Source: a virus
Lineage: Duplodnaviria > Caudoviricetes
Length of the DNA stretch: 33,205 nucleotides
Virus record (IMG/VR): IMGVR_UViG_3300025771_000096
Coordinates: 1-33,205 of that record
Strand: one strand, 5' to 3'
Shown here: positions 9,501-17,292 of the stretch, piece after piece
Numbering within the stretch: position 1 is the stretch's first letter
Layout: the number at the start of each line of letters is the position of its first letter
Program-made: the position numbers and the translations under genes
The notes under the pieces: model-generated
Told to the model about the DNA's origin: nothing
The model's database searches: none
Seen by the model: only the letters and a program-made list of their open reading frames with translations

Positions 9501-10520
9501 GACGTTGACCCCGTACTGCTCTGCCAGCGCCCACCCCTCGCCTGCGGTGCGGGTAGCCAGATTTGCGACGCCTTCGGTGGCCTGCGCAGCGCGCGCGACG
9601 AAGCCTGTTCCGCTAGCGGCGTTGCGCAAGTGCCCCAGCATGCCTGCCTGCATGCTGCGCATGATTGAGTTGCGAACACCGGCTTCCGTCGTTTCGGCGC
9701 CCAGCTTTTTCATTGCTGCGCCGAAACCGGCTTTCAAGCCAGCCCGTATGCCTCGGGCGCCTAGCCCGCCGACGAACATGTCGCCAACGAACTGCAGACT
9801 CGTCATCACGCCGTCATAGACCTGCGCGGCGGTCGTCTTCGGGCGATAGGTGTCAATCAGGTACTTGGTGATCCGCTCGTCTTCCTCAAGCGTCGTTTTG
9901 CCATCTGCGGACTTCTTCAGAAGACCGTAAAGCTCGATGTCGCTACGAACGTCCTGAATCATGCCCCAGACCGGGATCAGGGTTTCGTAGTCATAATCGG
10001 CTACGGCATCCAGCACATCCTTCTCAGGCAGTGCCGAGATCCAGTCCTGCATCAAGTCGCCGTAACCGGAGAAGGCTTGAGCGTAACGGCCATCCGTCGT
10101 GCCCATCATCTCGTCTAGGCGCGCGCCAAACGCCCGATCAGTATCCATGCTGAACTGATTGAGCAGCTGCGCGCGTATGATGCGCGGGTCGGATCCGTTA
10201 CGCAGCAGCTTCTCGGTGATGCCCAGGATCTGGTGAACGCCCCCAAGCCGACTCTCAATCAGTTGCCGGTCCTCCTCGGTCGTGAAGAGGCTGCGGAACA
10301 TTTCTGGCGCTTGAGTGGCCTCAACTGCTGTAGCAATGATGCCCCGCTCGTTTTGCTTGAGCGGCTTTAGGTCTAGTTCGTATGCGTCTAGCCCAAAGTC
10401 CTCTAGGCCTAGGTCCCTGGCCTTCATGACGGTCTGCAAGTACGTCCATCGCTCACGCGGCTCTTGCGTAGCCGGATCGGCGGTAGGGTCCAGAGCAGGG
10501 GACTTGGGCTCGTTGATCAT
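549..10520 (-). CDS. Giant (3323 aa) internal virion / ejection protein of large-polyvalent-protein type: two zincin HExxH modules, HhH-GPD-like module, C-terminal LPD38-like domain
   Basis: Uninterrupted 9972-nt ORF directly after two ejection-like genes. HEGWH at 8511-8525 and HELGH at 6417-6431. GMGTKLTSF...VFVIDRWQAR at ~4580-4670. C-terminal AKESTVNFDRMG..FFNA / PVSYG / NPL / GENVTWYG motifs resemble LPD38-containing proteins. Confidence 0.85.
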   Translation of the reverse strand: MINEPKSPALDPTADPATQEPRERWTYLQTVMKARDLGLEDFGLDAYELDLKPLKQNERGIIATAVEATQAPEMFRSLFTTEEDRQLIESRLGGVHQILGITEKLLRNGSDPRIIRAQLLNQFSMDTDRAFGARLDEMMGTTDGRYAQAFSGYGDLMQDWISALPEKDVLDAVADYDYETLIPVWGMIQDVRSDIELYGLLKKSADGKTTLEEDERITKYLIDTYRPKTTAAQVYDGVMTSLQFVGDMFVGGLGARGIRAGLKAGFGAAMKKLGAETTEAGVRNSIMRSMQAGMLGHLRNAASGTGFVARAAQATEGVANLATRTAGEGWALAEQYGVNVGASVLLSTATGAADEIPIYGLADRINVEEALANAAIITGFGDDPMKPQWESLATQPLEQTDWPDHIKALIEYASERVSNILFPGQGNVLKQYGAAAQSYPLGRTIFPGISPAEWAAMVARNDLRNLVPVAPFGVKGTLVELFEEQAARFMEVGAGKAGWLTGEEETGSWEDAFPTIDEWIVEALTVAGTMGGTQLARKGLGAAGKVVRPLVEDPGMRRRREAAERLAGTDRAAAATTEELQQFAQNYDLREGEMPEGAETVVEALGNMGINLRFYSPGERTPENEAKAGGFYNRQVRGTIFINSDTFGTEEEGGAVSQALGELAYHEGWHSVSDVLGEDWRTMVGAAESTQEWQDAGAQYDAEAEAAGLPVRADLQDDVSADEAAATIAQRNWRTLFGATQGAKRSEVRKAMRDLLGRDGNLLERVWRKTRQMLQMDVQASGLQRLQEAGLMGGVDNPADAVDRATAVDSLLEAMDVAAIVRGRKQSAEARELITDAVDAPETQHLTQPLREALDESLAELAAEPAAPQEPVEPAVEGEPQAPSVQRPQAADVDVEQEAVRLTMETALRMRNQAEALRQELEAAPATMPRQKRQQLKKEIRALERESDKLLGDLEGELQGLPLDELQARVEAQQPSPFRGSTPLSRELVEGAPVRLRQRNSNYTRKIGETQQSDPWVIENVYDIEGVQYASIGNAALNRRIAVPLDDLVSAQEGVELQGPASMPIAPGSMVRNAVTAAEGEEAFIPIRGPGAPDAVRVVDVTGPEGAQRARLETGDVVAVDRLTPVEGVADPTLGDQERIGQAAQDALRGQSRFARPRTEPGRPKASDRPMPGRQPGAIVGLPTPMDEMAAAQAEQAKMFTPGRAPQNRRRTQVDKQAAEAIVRQAERRGEDVSGYDLSDMVLPPPVMTPWSRIPLPGVMEQAPQGSPLDMAAKQLEALYRNGLFSEQQVIAYSFMLMSLPQERVRDTVLQLRFRERPGMLGAAALVKYSTQAHAGRLIMNPGQYSDVRRKGMQRATYGTTFLHELGHMISYDDMVNNEKAGAVVQMFARLRDIMLRDSDSQLLTQELVELFGEDAAQIPYYLESPRFYNMIGADFARGGELAAEMMARAIEDRGLSIINRLGLFPELSAVFRRGATIAERAAMGQENLLGRGNEIEESVLGSLLDISRALTTVALGTDVDMTAARATLDAPYRRLSDNRKRQTAARPLEEALDRFDDQRRTELGMADRLDDLSQRDVETIAQPAGGVSALDQRRNELLYDQEQLRDAAMDRELLASATEQEQLALRLRSLADSIDPMAEGGMTRLEAQEEALRTSVAGMVTEQDVENVRRFVEEVGQEELDRRSRFAAPKSLPAPLQVTTNQAPVPDFTKLTQKFNDSNREANLTQLVNLERLIPNPLTSTRMWHKLVKTAFGDDFSVAPPRRLIDGVRNPETLREQLSNLDADQIMHANEGIELTDVLRQRYENGEMTPTDTADLFVWAFLSRMLSAAPHESAFLMAYENGLSRFTERIAQGQWTEADEQEWASWVKGWLPVLAEEDKKKLHGEWMSSAKTNLNAIGGSEGRDTSWAGNVANARVNGRPLMQVVHEALEDPNTTGSDVRRLFLSHAGQSGMGTKLTSFVMLIAGKRDVFVIDRWQARNMWPQFSEAKKPVDPYDGVVVPGQFDKKGKPVTAGVADILDGPSGLALYEGMERGMRSALDEAYQGTNRQPDVGRYHWESWLLVSSQAVGHASLRRFTGDGNIAGLGVIEGRQSRDTFEQAFVYLSDGTRGYVIEDTHGVPRFFTPDEYARRPKGKSKKAQQSAIEYVQSVGRILSSRDLDALSWIPGVARFRADNIEEREPSRLAPKPGQSELDATVEALKASGALSRDFSVDRDLISQFALPLGQSMTREEMLANEPEFQREQDAYFRALDNYARNLSQEQESQISASVSGILPPLIEAAESTRGIEDLNDQYGLQSARANMMIGGFAAPGLELSNNVVQLHLLGRMRQQLFAESDASADVERQRALRMMGLVIRAMESSAAQDVEREFQNQFRGAPPVIAPNTDTIAPMPNMRITRRVWAEVKDRYTRLADFEEYIGLIDPRLANLPTERSPLRKAELSASRESGLILGFNERHLAPFLKAARSAGLDNRQAFSDFEDFLIARHAPEANAVLEQRAAQADALEAQADALADQLAGRVLESDDPNVLTATNVRFLTASEVKAMRDEIKRNRATARAIRPRLLYEVYETDQAKDLVKQLRQKYPEFAALARRIDGMVAETRDLLLQTEVISQEQYDEWNKFKYYVPLRGWETDEGYSEPSPLNKRRGFSTWGPVALLRGGRDSRPDSPVVYVLNQAYEAIQRGVANEVGIAFYNIARQVPRQVLEVRRLRPGERYSRRNRDTHFRLNIKGVPHSIRLADPDLARSIASVGVDSLPKFMKAFRAVTRTQARLNTTASPTFSVSNAFRDIEYAIAKSQAWKDSGLNIGVADVVKNIALVAPAVASMNMQQSPQGEMADLYRRAREAGAFTGWRQSVSLENVRRDLRRELERGSLSKVMNMMGIALEFGSQTSEEVVRLAAFKSALDAGASEAEAALLAKESTVNFDRMGYIGPWVNVHTMFFNAGFEGSMNFIRAARKSRRFRAFLGGVAMSGAVHYVMMRGLMGQGPDDEYEYAMIPAHRRHRTAIIPIGDTYFQMPVSYGLNVFWALGQEMMAMAMGDKEATESGYDLMVTALQTFNPLPSGPTFGQLIAPSVFDPFVQAGENVTWYGGDISSPFLLERNLPDHLKTPDASRAAKEATKAIFEVLGGDAMKPSPMDSVRDFTPDNFDHVMNSLFGSLGRDIWRTVGKVYKEAAAPVRPDKNPFAGSFIYKTPELPVQRNFYEIREQTGRVVEMIDEMQKTDPERYEQSIEKYELSYGFGLVFEEVHRDLSPVRRLMRAAQTEEERAEYATIITETQSEIIKAYEASVREAVSGRKRPAVTLKQLQERAAATRAELRKQGYRAD

Positions 10521-11965
10521 TGCTGGCCGGGGGCAATCTGCACGTTTGAAAATGCGGACTGGACGTCGGTGCTGCTGCCGACGTCTGTCGTGCCGGTGCT
10601 GCCGCTAAGGGTTGAATTGTTATTAGAGGGCGCGCGTGCAGACGTGGTGAGCCTACCCAGCGCCTCGCGCTGCTGCATGGTGTCGATGACCCATTGCTGG
10701 CTTTCTAGCTTGATCGCCATTAGTTCTGGCTGGGCGCTGATGTCGAGCGGATCAAGCGTTTGAATGATCCAGCGGTGCCACTCACTCTGGGTCAGTCGGT
10801 CTTCCGCAAGGCTTTCAAGCTCGCTCTGTTGACGGTCAAGCCATGACGATGGGTTCATCATTGACCTGTCCCCTAGATCCTCAGGCAGCTTGTTGGTGTT
10901 CAGCGCGGATGCGCCCAGCCCACCATACATCTCCTGCACTGACGCGACGAGCCCAAGGCCCTCCGCTTGCCTCTTGATGCTGAACTCGATTGCATCGGCC
11001 GCTCCGATCAGGCTCTGCGTCAGCGCCGCCGCCATCCCGTATTGGTTCCGCTGCTGCGCCTGGGCAAGCGCAGTCAGCCCTCGACTAAAGTCCGCATCTT
11101 GTAGCAACTGCGGCATTTCGGCCATCTTGCGGCGCAACGTCGTCATGTTGACCGTCGCGTCGCGCGCGTACTGGAACGACTTCTGCTCGAAGTAGTCGCT
11201 GACCACCTTTTTAACAGCGGCCCCTTTCATGGAGGGGGTCATGTCCGGGTCATCTGCGTCCAAGATGCCTTGCGCAGCGTCTGCAAGCTCATCTGGCAGA
11301 AAGTTCCTAATCGCGCCGAATCCAGCAGCGTATGCCTCGTCACTAAGGTCCTGCGCGCTAGCCGTTGCCTGCATGCGCTGAAACGCAAACTGCTCTGCTT
11401 CCAGTTTGGTTTGTGCCAGCTTGTTCTGCGTCTGCGCAGACTCTACTTGCTGGCCCAGCAGGCGCGCTGTGGCGTCGCGCGTATAGCTTCGGATCCGCGT
11501 GGACTCGGGGCTCGTAAACTCGTCGAACTCCAACTGCGCTCGACGCGCACCTAGCTCGGCCAAGTAAGCCTCGGCTGCCGCAGTCATCCTGCGCTGAGGC
11601 TCTAGAGCCTGTGTCTCTTCAAATTGGTATTGGGCGAGCGCATTGCCCAAGGCGCTTCCAGCAACTTGCTCTGTTAGCAGACTAGTCTCTAGTTCGGCTT
11701 GCACCCCAGCCTGTGCGTTGCGTGCGTTTGTGGCGTCGATCTCGCCCTGCAGCACGCCTTCTAGCTTAGATGCTAGCGCTTGCTGGACGCGCGCTTGCGC
11801 TTCGCGATACGGGGTTAGCGCATCAAACTGCCGTCGCTGTTCGCGCTGCTTCGATGCTTCAGCGAACATCCCCATTGTCTGCGCAGCGCCACGCTGGAAG
11901 CCAGCAGCGGCGGCGCCCGTAGGGCTCTCCTCTCCTGCGAGAACGCGGATTCCAAATAGCGGCAT
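10517..11965 (-). CDS. Putative internal virion (DNA ejection) protein, Ala/Gln-rich coiled coil
   Basis: 482 aa, helical A/Q/E-rich composition. Lies between a small ejection-like gene and the giant protein, as for the P22 gp7-gp20-gp16 and T7 gp14-15-16 triplets. Confidence 0.65.
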   Translation of the reverse strand: MPLFGIRVLAGEESPTGAAAAGFQRGAAQTMGMFAEASKQREQRRQFDALTPYREAQARVQQALASKLEGVLQGEIDATNARNAQAGVQAELETSLLTEQVAGSALGNALAQYQFEETQALEPQRRMTAAAEAYLAELGARRAQLEFDEFTSPESTRIRSYTRDATARLLGQQVESAQTQNKLAQTKLEAEQFAFQRMQATASAQDLSDEAYAAGFGAIRNFLPDELADAAQGILDADDPDMTPSMKGAAVKKVVSDYFEQKSFQYARDATVNMTTLRRKMAEMPQLLQDADFSRGLTALAQAQQRNQYGMAAALTQSLIGAADAIEFSIKRQAEGLGLVASVQEMYGGLGASALNTNKLPEDLGDRSMMNPSSWLDRQQSELESLAEDRLTQSEWHRWIIQTLDPLDISAQPELMAIKLESQQWVIDTMQQREALGRLTTSARAPSNNNSTLSGSTGTTDVGSSTDVQSAFSNVQIAPGQQ

Positions 11966-12654
11966 CAGGCAATTCCAGTGTTGATGATGGTGGTGTCGCC
12001 TCCGTCGAGGAAGAAGTCCTTGCCAAGGCCCATGCCAAAGAAGGTGCCTCCCAGGGTCCCTGCCATCGAAGACAGGCCAGTGTTGACGACAGGCTGGTAG
12101 CTACCCATCAGCTGAGCTAGCTGCGCGGCGCTTTGCGCCTCCATCTGCCCCTGCTGCATGTACATCTGACCGCTCTGCCCCGACAGCTGGGCCAGTTGGG
12201 TGGCTAGCTGCTGCTGCAGTTGCGCGCGCTGCCCGGCCCCTTGAGCTGCTACATCGAGCCCCATAAGACCCAAATTCCGCAACATCCCCTGGCTTGCCAG
12301 AGAGCCTAGGGTCGTTCCCATCTGCCCTCGGCCAAACGCCGTTTGTGTTCGCTGATCCTGCATCTGGCGGCTGCGCATATTGGCAAGCGTCTGAGCGCGC
12401 TGCTCGCCAGCCGTCAGGCGGCGCTCGGCGGCCTTAGTGCCTTCGCGGGCCTGGGCCTGCGCAGCGCGGTTCTGCGCTTGCGCGGCAGCATTTGCCGCGC
12501 GCTGCCGCGTTTGCCCCTGACGCATTTCGGAGATCGCGTTTGCGTACATGCGGTCTAGCTTCTTTTCAGCGCTCTTGGACTCCGCAAAGCCAAGGACGCC
12601 TCCAAGGGCCGTCATGCCAAGTCCCAAGTATCCCAGCGTAGGGTTTTCAAACAT
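11965..12654 (-). CDS. Putative small ejection/pilot protein (P22 gp7 / T7 gp14-like position)
   Basis: Start re-assigned to ATG 12654 (MFENPTLGYLGLGMTALGGVLG), which overlaps the nozzle stop (TGATG) and has AAGGAG upstream. Gly-rich hydrophobic N- and C-terminal segments flank a Q/A-rich coil. Confidence 0.65.
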   Translation of the reverse strand: MFENPTLGYLGLGMTALGGVLGFAESKSAEKKLDRMYANAISEMRQGQTRQRAANAAAQAQNRAAQAQAREGTKAAERRLTAGEQRAQTLANMRSRQMQDQRTQTAFGRGQMGTTLGSLASQGMLRNLGLMGLDVAAQGAGQRAQLQQQLATQLAQLSGQSGQMYMQQGQMEAQSAAQLAQLMGSYQPVVNTGLSSMAGTLGGTFFGMGLGKDFFLDGGDTTIINTGIA

Positions 12655-15600
12655 CAGCGATCTCTCCTTCGTCCTGCCAGATGCAGGTCTGCGTGTAGTG
12701 ACTCCAACGCCCACTGGCCGCCGCCAGTCGCGTTCTCTAGCTTGATCCAGATGTAACCGCCCCTAGCACGCGCAGGAACGCGGTCATTGTACCCAGCGAC
12801 CAAACTCCCAGACGCGACTGCCGTGCCCAGGGTTTCGGGGTTGTCGCTGGCGTACAGCGTGTAGCGGCAACCAGCGCCGATGTTCGCCACGATGGCGTGC
12901 AAGCTGCTGATCCGCTGCTCGGCAGGGGTGTCCGGCGCAAAGATCGGACCGATCAGCACATCCGACTCGATGGCCGTGCCGTCGTCGTTCGATGCAGTCT
13001 TATCGAACACCCGGACATATCCATCCTCGCATCCAATAGCGACCCGGCGGTCAGACGGCTTGAGCCCTTCAAGCAATACAGTGCTGTAAGGCTGAAGCGT
13101 CGTCGCGTTGAACTCCTGAGGCCACCAAGACTTTGTCCGGGCCTCCCAGAACCAGTGCTGGGTCGTGGCGCTTACGCTCCCTGTCAGGGGCGTGATGAAC
13201 ACATGCAGGCCCTGGCACTCTTGGTCCCACACCAGCTTCGGCAGGTACTGAGACAGGTCAATGTCTCGAAGCTCCTCCGCGATGGTGTCGCGCGTCAGTT
13301 CGACCGGCGGCTGGGTACGGCCATCGGAGCGCGGCGACATCACCCAGACACCGCCACGGCTACCGAAAAAGTACATAAGGCCCTCTGGGCTCAAAGCCCA
13401 TGAGTTGCCGAACGCCATCCCAGTGACATCCGTGAAGTAGTCAACCTGCCCGATCTCGCTCAGGTCGCCCCGGTACTGCGTGATGCTGTGGTCGCCACCG
13501 ACCAGCAGGACATCGTCGTAGAACGGAGCAAGCGCGTTTACGACGTCCGGGTTGCGGGCCGTGTCTTGGTTTGCTCCCCCGAACGCCTTAGTCAGACTCT
13601 CCGTCTTAGGGAAGAAGTCCCAGTTGTACGGGTCGCCAACCGCGCTGGCGAAGATGGTGTGCGGATCTTTGTCGGAGCGACCCAGAACCATTCGGCCTCG
13701 GTAGAAGGCCGCCAGTCGGCACCCCTCGGGGATTTCGCCAGCCGTGTCGGCCTCCCAGGGCTCGAACGTGCCGCCGTTCTTGACCGGGTCGTAGGTGGCG
13801 TACAGGCCATTGTCCACGAAGAACATCTGGCCGTAGGCAGCGACCGCCTGCGTAAACGCCGACTCGGACGAGCGCGCCACCGTGCCGATGCCGGTCCAAC
13901 TTGTGCCGTTGAGCCGATACGCCTGGGTGCCAGCCACTGCAAAGCGGATGACGTTCCGCACATTCTGGTTGCTGGCCGTCCTAGCGATCAGGGCCAGCTT
14001 GTGCTGCGTTAGCAGGTCCGGGATTGCGTCCTCGTTCGTGTCGAGGTTCTTGTTCGCAACCCAGATGTACTCTGGACCCGTAATGCTGGAATCCGGGTAG
14101 ACGTACTCCAGTTCAGGTCGGACACCAACGGCGCTGGTAGCAAAGTCTGCGCTCGCGCTACCGTTGATGTCGTAGTACCAGTTTTTGCTTGTCAGCGTGC
14201 TGTTGATGACAGAGTTTGCGATGCTGCCACCTTGGGGCTCAGGCACCCACTTCTGGATATGGCTGGCCTTGCTGGAGCTACCACTGGCAATCGGGCCAGT
14301 GCGCGGGACATACAGAGTGCCATCGGCATCCACAGACATGCGGAACACCGTGTCGTCTGGGTCTGGAATGACGTAGGGAACCAGCAAGTAGCCAGCACAG
14401 TTCCAGGCGCTCAACCTTTCGCTGCCGGACTTGGCCCCAGTGGAGCCCGTGAACTGCTGGAACTGAACATCGAAGTTAGACGGCGCGCTCGAAGTCAGCG
14501 TCATCGTCGGCGTGATGTCGAGTGCGCTGCTTCCGATCATGTAGACACGAATCGTGCGCGTGTCGCTGGATCCTTTGGGCGCATAGATCGGGTAGTTCGG
14601 CGGTGTCAGGCCGTTGACCGCGCTATAGAAGACCGTCTGGAACCCATAAGGGCTGGACTGGTCCGCCAAAGTCGTGTCTAGATCCGTTCCGATCTGGACA
14701 TCGTTTGTAGTGCTAGGCGAAGTACGGAAGGTCAGCACCGTCGTCGTCGTGCCATCCGTAACCGTCAGCGTGTCTCCATTGGCAGGGTTAGCAAAGAACG
14801 ATAGCTCTGCAAAGCCGCGCCGCCGAATGCGGACATACGGCCCGACATCTACCAGCTTCCGGCCCTGCACGACCCATTCGTACTCCTGGCTCGTAACAGC
14901 AGGAGAGCCTGGGTCCTTAGGGCCGATAGTGTAGATCAGGCCGTCGTTGTCATCCGAAACGACCCCGTACCCCATCCCTGCGCCAGACACAGCCCAAGTG
15001 TGGCTGCCATCAGTCAGTTGGATCTTCGCGGTGATGCCAAGCGTAGACTTGAGAGACTCGCTGATGGTCTGCCCCGTCAGCGCAGCTTGAAGCTCATCGC
15101 CTGACCCAGAGGGCGGCGTTGATCGGAACTGGTTGCCGTCAAAGTTGGCCCCAGTGCCAGTCTTGAGGACCGTGGCCGCTACACCCCACTTGTGAGCGAT
15201 GTAAGCCTCAACTCTCTCTACATCATCAAAGAAGGTGCTAGGGGGGGCTGGCAGCGTGCTGCGGACGCCATACGCATCGTCATGCGGGCTGCCTAGCGCG
15301 CTGCTGTCTCCAAAGTAGGTGATCGCTTCGCACAGCCACCCGTCAAAGTTGCTGAAGCCACCCCCGATGAAGTTGCGGCCTGTCCACACATTCTGGATCT
15401 GCCCCGAAAGGTATGGAGAGTGGAAGATCGTTGACCCGATGACATCGCGGCGCTTGTCGCGGTTGAAGTTCTCGGGGAAGAAGCTGACCTTGTCAGAGCC
15501 GATGCCAGTGACGTCTGACTCAGCATTTACGCGCAGGCGGATAGCCGGTCGGCCTGCACCAATACCGTCCTTTTCGCAGATAACGGTAATCAGGTACAGG

Positions 15601-17291
15601 CGCTCGACGCTGTTCGCCCCGTTATGTACTGCGCCGTGAATCTCTGGTGCGGCCCATGCGGCGCCATCCGTCAGCACCAAATCATCGGCCTCAAGGTCAT
15701 TGAGCGTGTTAGTCGTGCCGCCGTTGCCATCGTCTTCCTGTAGCAGCGACAACTCAGGCGAGTACAGCGCGACGGCCCCCGGAAGAGCCTGTGGCTTGCG
15801 CACCGGCCCGTAATACTCGCCAAGGCGTTGCGCTTCGTCCGGGTCGTGCATAAAAAACCGGCCCCACTCCGAAACGCCATGGCCGGTCCCGTGCCCGTTG
15901 ATCGTCAGCGCGACGTAGTTGCCCGGCAGCTTTTTGTCGCCACTCTTGGGCTTACCGTTCCAAATCCACAAGACCATCGGCACATCGGTCTTGCAGCGCA
16001 CCAGCATGGTCGTGGCCCAGGTCTGGTTCAGAACCTGTGGATACAAGCCGGTAGAGCGGGAAAGGACGTCGTTAGTCGAGATCTTGTCTCGATGCCACTC
16101 GCCGTCGCCCTCCAGCGGCGAGGTCAGTCCATAGCCTTCTGCATAGTTGAACCGGAACCTCGGCCCCTCGTCAGGGCTGCCCGCAGTAGCGTCAAACCGA
16201 TAGGCGGGGTACGGGCCTAGGCCGTTGGGGTCCCACTTCGGCCAGTTCGTGTTGCCCCAGACCTTGCTGGTATAGCCGCGAACTGTGTCGTCCGTGAAGT
16301 CATCGGTCTTCGAGGAAACCGCTAGGTACTCGTTGCGTCGGTCGAACGCCTGGACGTGAGTGCCCGGCGCAGCAGCCTGATGTGCGCGCGCGTCGATCCA
16401 GCAGTGAATGCGCTCCTCGTAGCTTGCAAGATCAAACGGCGTCCAGTCGATAACCGTTGGCCCGACATTCTGGACAAGCTCGCGGTCTACGCGGTCATCA
16501 GCTGGAGCCGAAGCGTACACGATGCCGCCTTTGCTGAACGCAATCTGGCGTATCGGGTATGTCGCGTTGTACTCCGCAGACTTGTACGGCGTGTCGCTAG
16601 TCAGGCCCTGGTAGGCGTCAATGTACGCTTCCTTCTCGTCGTCCTCATTGCGGGCGAGGAACAGGGTCCCGCCACGCAGCAACAGGTCGCGGTAGGTGCC
16701 CGGCTCAATGTCTACGACGTATTGCAGGTCTGCTCCGTCGTCATCGTCATTAGGAACAATCCTAGCTAGGCGCCCGACGTTGCTGCCGCCGCTGAACACG
16801 CCGTACACGCCGCCCTCTGCATCTACAGCGATCTTCCCCAGCAAATCCTCGCTGATAATCGGGAATGGCTCGGACCAGACCAGTACGCCCTGAGCATTGC
16901 GCTTCTCGACGGTCCCGTCCGAGGTCAGCCAGTACGAGTTGCCCGACTCGTCTACGACGACATCCAGCGATCCGCTGTCTGTATCGTTAGCGTTTTCCCA
17001 GTCCGCGACGATGTCGCCAGAGGTCTGGCTGTACGCGAAGGCTGGGCGGTCGTATACAAGCGAGGACACTGACCTCACCGGAGAAGTCGGGTGGACCTGC
17101 GCTGCGTCAGTGCCGGTTGCCGAGTCTTCTAGCTTTGCAAGACCGGGCCGCTGCCCACCCTGCATACGCTCTGTGCCCGCAGCGTAGTTGCGGACATTCT
17201 TCGCATCCGATGTCGTAAGCTCGGGCTGGTCGCCCCGCGCGTTGTTATCGACCCGGCCCTTAAAGGGCCACTGGATGCGTTGACGTGCCAT
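12654..17291 (-). CDS. Tail nozzle / tail tubular protein B-like beta-propeller protein with inserted lectin (LamG/ConA-like) and beta-sandwich domains
   Basis: 1545 aa, directly after the adaptor gene. The C-terminal part has nozzle-type propeller motifs (YRGRMVLG, IFASAVGDPYNWDF, MYFFGSRGGVW, HWFWEARTKSWW). The central insert runs from IHCWIDA to FDGWLCEAITY..VERVEAYIAHKWG. Confidence 0.7.
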   Translation of the reverse strand: MARQRIQWPFKGRVDNNARGDQPELTTSDAKNVRNYAAGTERMQGGQRPGLAKLEDSATGTDAAQVHPTSPVRSVSSLVYDRPAFAYSQTSGDIVADWENANDTDSGSLDVVVDESGNSYWLTSDGTVEKRNAQGVLVWSEPFPIISEDLLGKIAVDAEGGVYGVFSGGSNVGRLARIVPNDDDDGADLQYVVDIEPGTYRDLLLRGGTLFLARNEDDEKEAYIDAYQGLTSDTPYKSAEYNATYPIRQIAFSKGGIVYASAPADDRVDRELVQNVGPTVIDWTPFDLASYEERIHCWIDARAHQAAAPGTHVQAFDRRNEYLAVSSKTDDFTDDTVRGYTSKVWGNTNWPKWDPNGLGPYPAYRFDATAGSPDEGPRFRFNYAEGYGLTSPLEGDGEWHRDKISTNDVLSRSTGLYPQVLNQTWATTMLVRCKTDVPMVLWIWNGKPKSGDKKLPGNYVALTINGHGTGHGVSEWGRFFMHDPDEAQRLGEYYGPVRKPQALPGAVALYSPELSLLQEDDGNGGTTNTLNDLEADDLVLTDGAAWAAPEIHGAVHNGANSVERLYLITVICEKDGIGAGRPAIRLRVNAESDVTGIGSDKVSFFPENFNRDKRRDVIGSTIFHSPYLSGQIQNVWTGRNFIGGGFSNFDGWLCEAITYFGDSSALGSPHDDAYGVRSTLPAPPSTFFDDVERVEAYIAHKWGVAATVLKTGTGANFDGNQFRSTPPSGSGDELQAALTGQTISESLKSTLGITAKIQLTDGSHTWAVSGAGMGYGVVSDDNDGLIYTIGPKDPGSPAVTSQEYEWVVQGRKLVDVGPYVRIRRRGFAELSFFANPANGDTLTVTDGTTTTVLTFRTSPSTTNDVQIGTDLDTTLADQSSPYGFQTVFYSAVNGLTPPNYPIYAPKGSSDTRTIRVYMIGSSALDITPTMTLTSSAPSNFDVQFQQFTGSTGAKSGSERLSAWNCAGYLLVPYVIPDPDDTVFRMSVDADGTLYVPRTGPIASGSSSKASHIQKWVPEPQGGSIANSVINSTLTSKNWYYDINGSASADFATSAVGVRPELEYVYPDSSITGPEYIWVANKNLDTNEDAIPDLLTQHKLALIARTASNQNVRNVIRFAVAGTQAYRLNGTSWTGIGTVARSSESAFTQAVAAYGQMFFVDNGLYATYDPVKNGGTFEPWEADTAGEIPEGCRLAAFYRGRMVLGRSDKDPHTIFASAVGDPYNWDFFPKTESLTKAFGGANQDTARNPDVVNALAPFYDDVLLVGGDHSITQYRGDLSEIGQVDYFTDVTGMAFGNSWALSPEGLMYFFGSRGGVWVMSPRSDGRTQPPVELTRDTIAEELRDIDLSQYLPKLVWDQECQGLHVFITPLTGSVSATTQHWFWEARTKSWWPQEFNATTLQPYSTVLLEGLKPSDRRVAIGCEDGYVRVFDKTASNDDGTAIESDVLIGPIFAPDTPAEQRISSLHAIVANIGAGCRYTLYASDNPETLGTAVASGSLVAGYNDRVPARARGGYIWIKLENATGGGQWALESLHADLHLAGRRRDR

Positions 17292-17292
17292 G

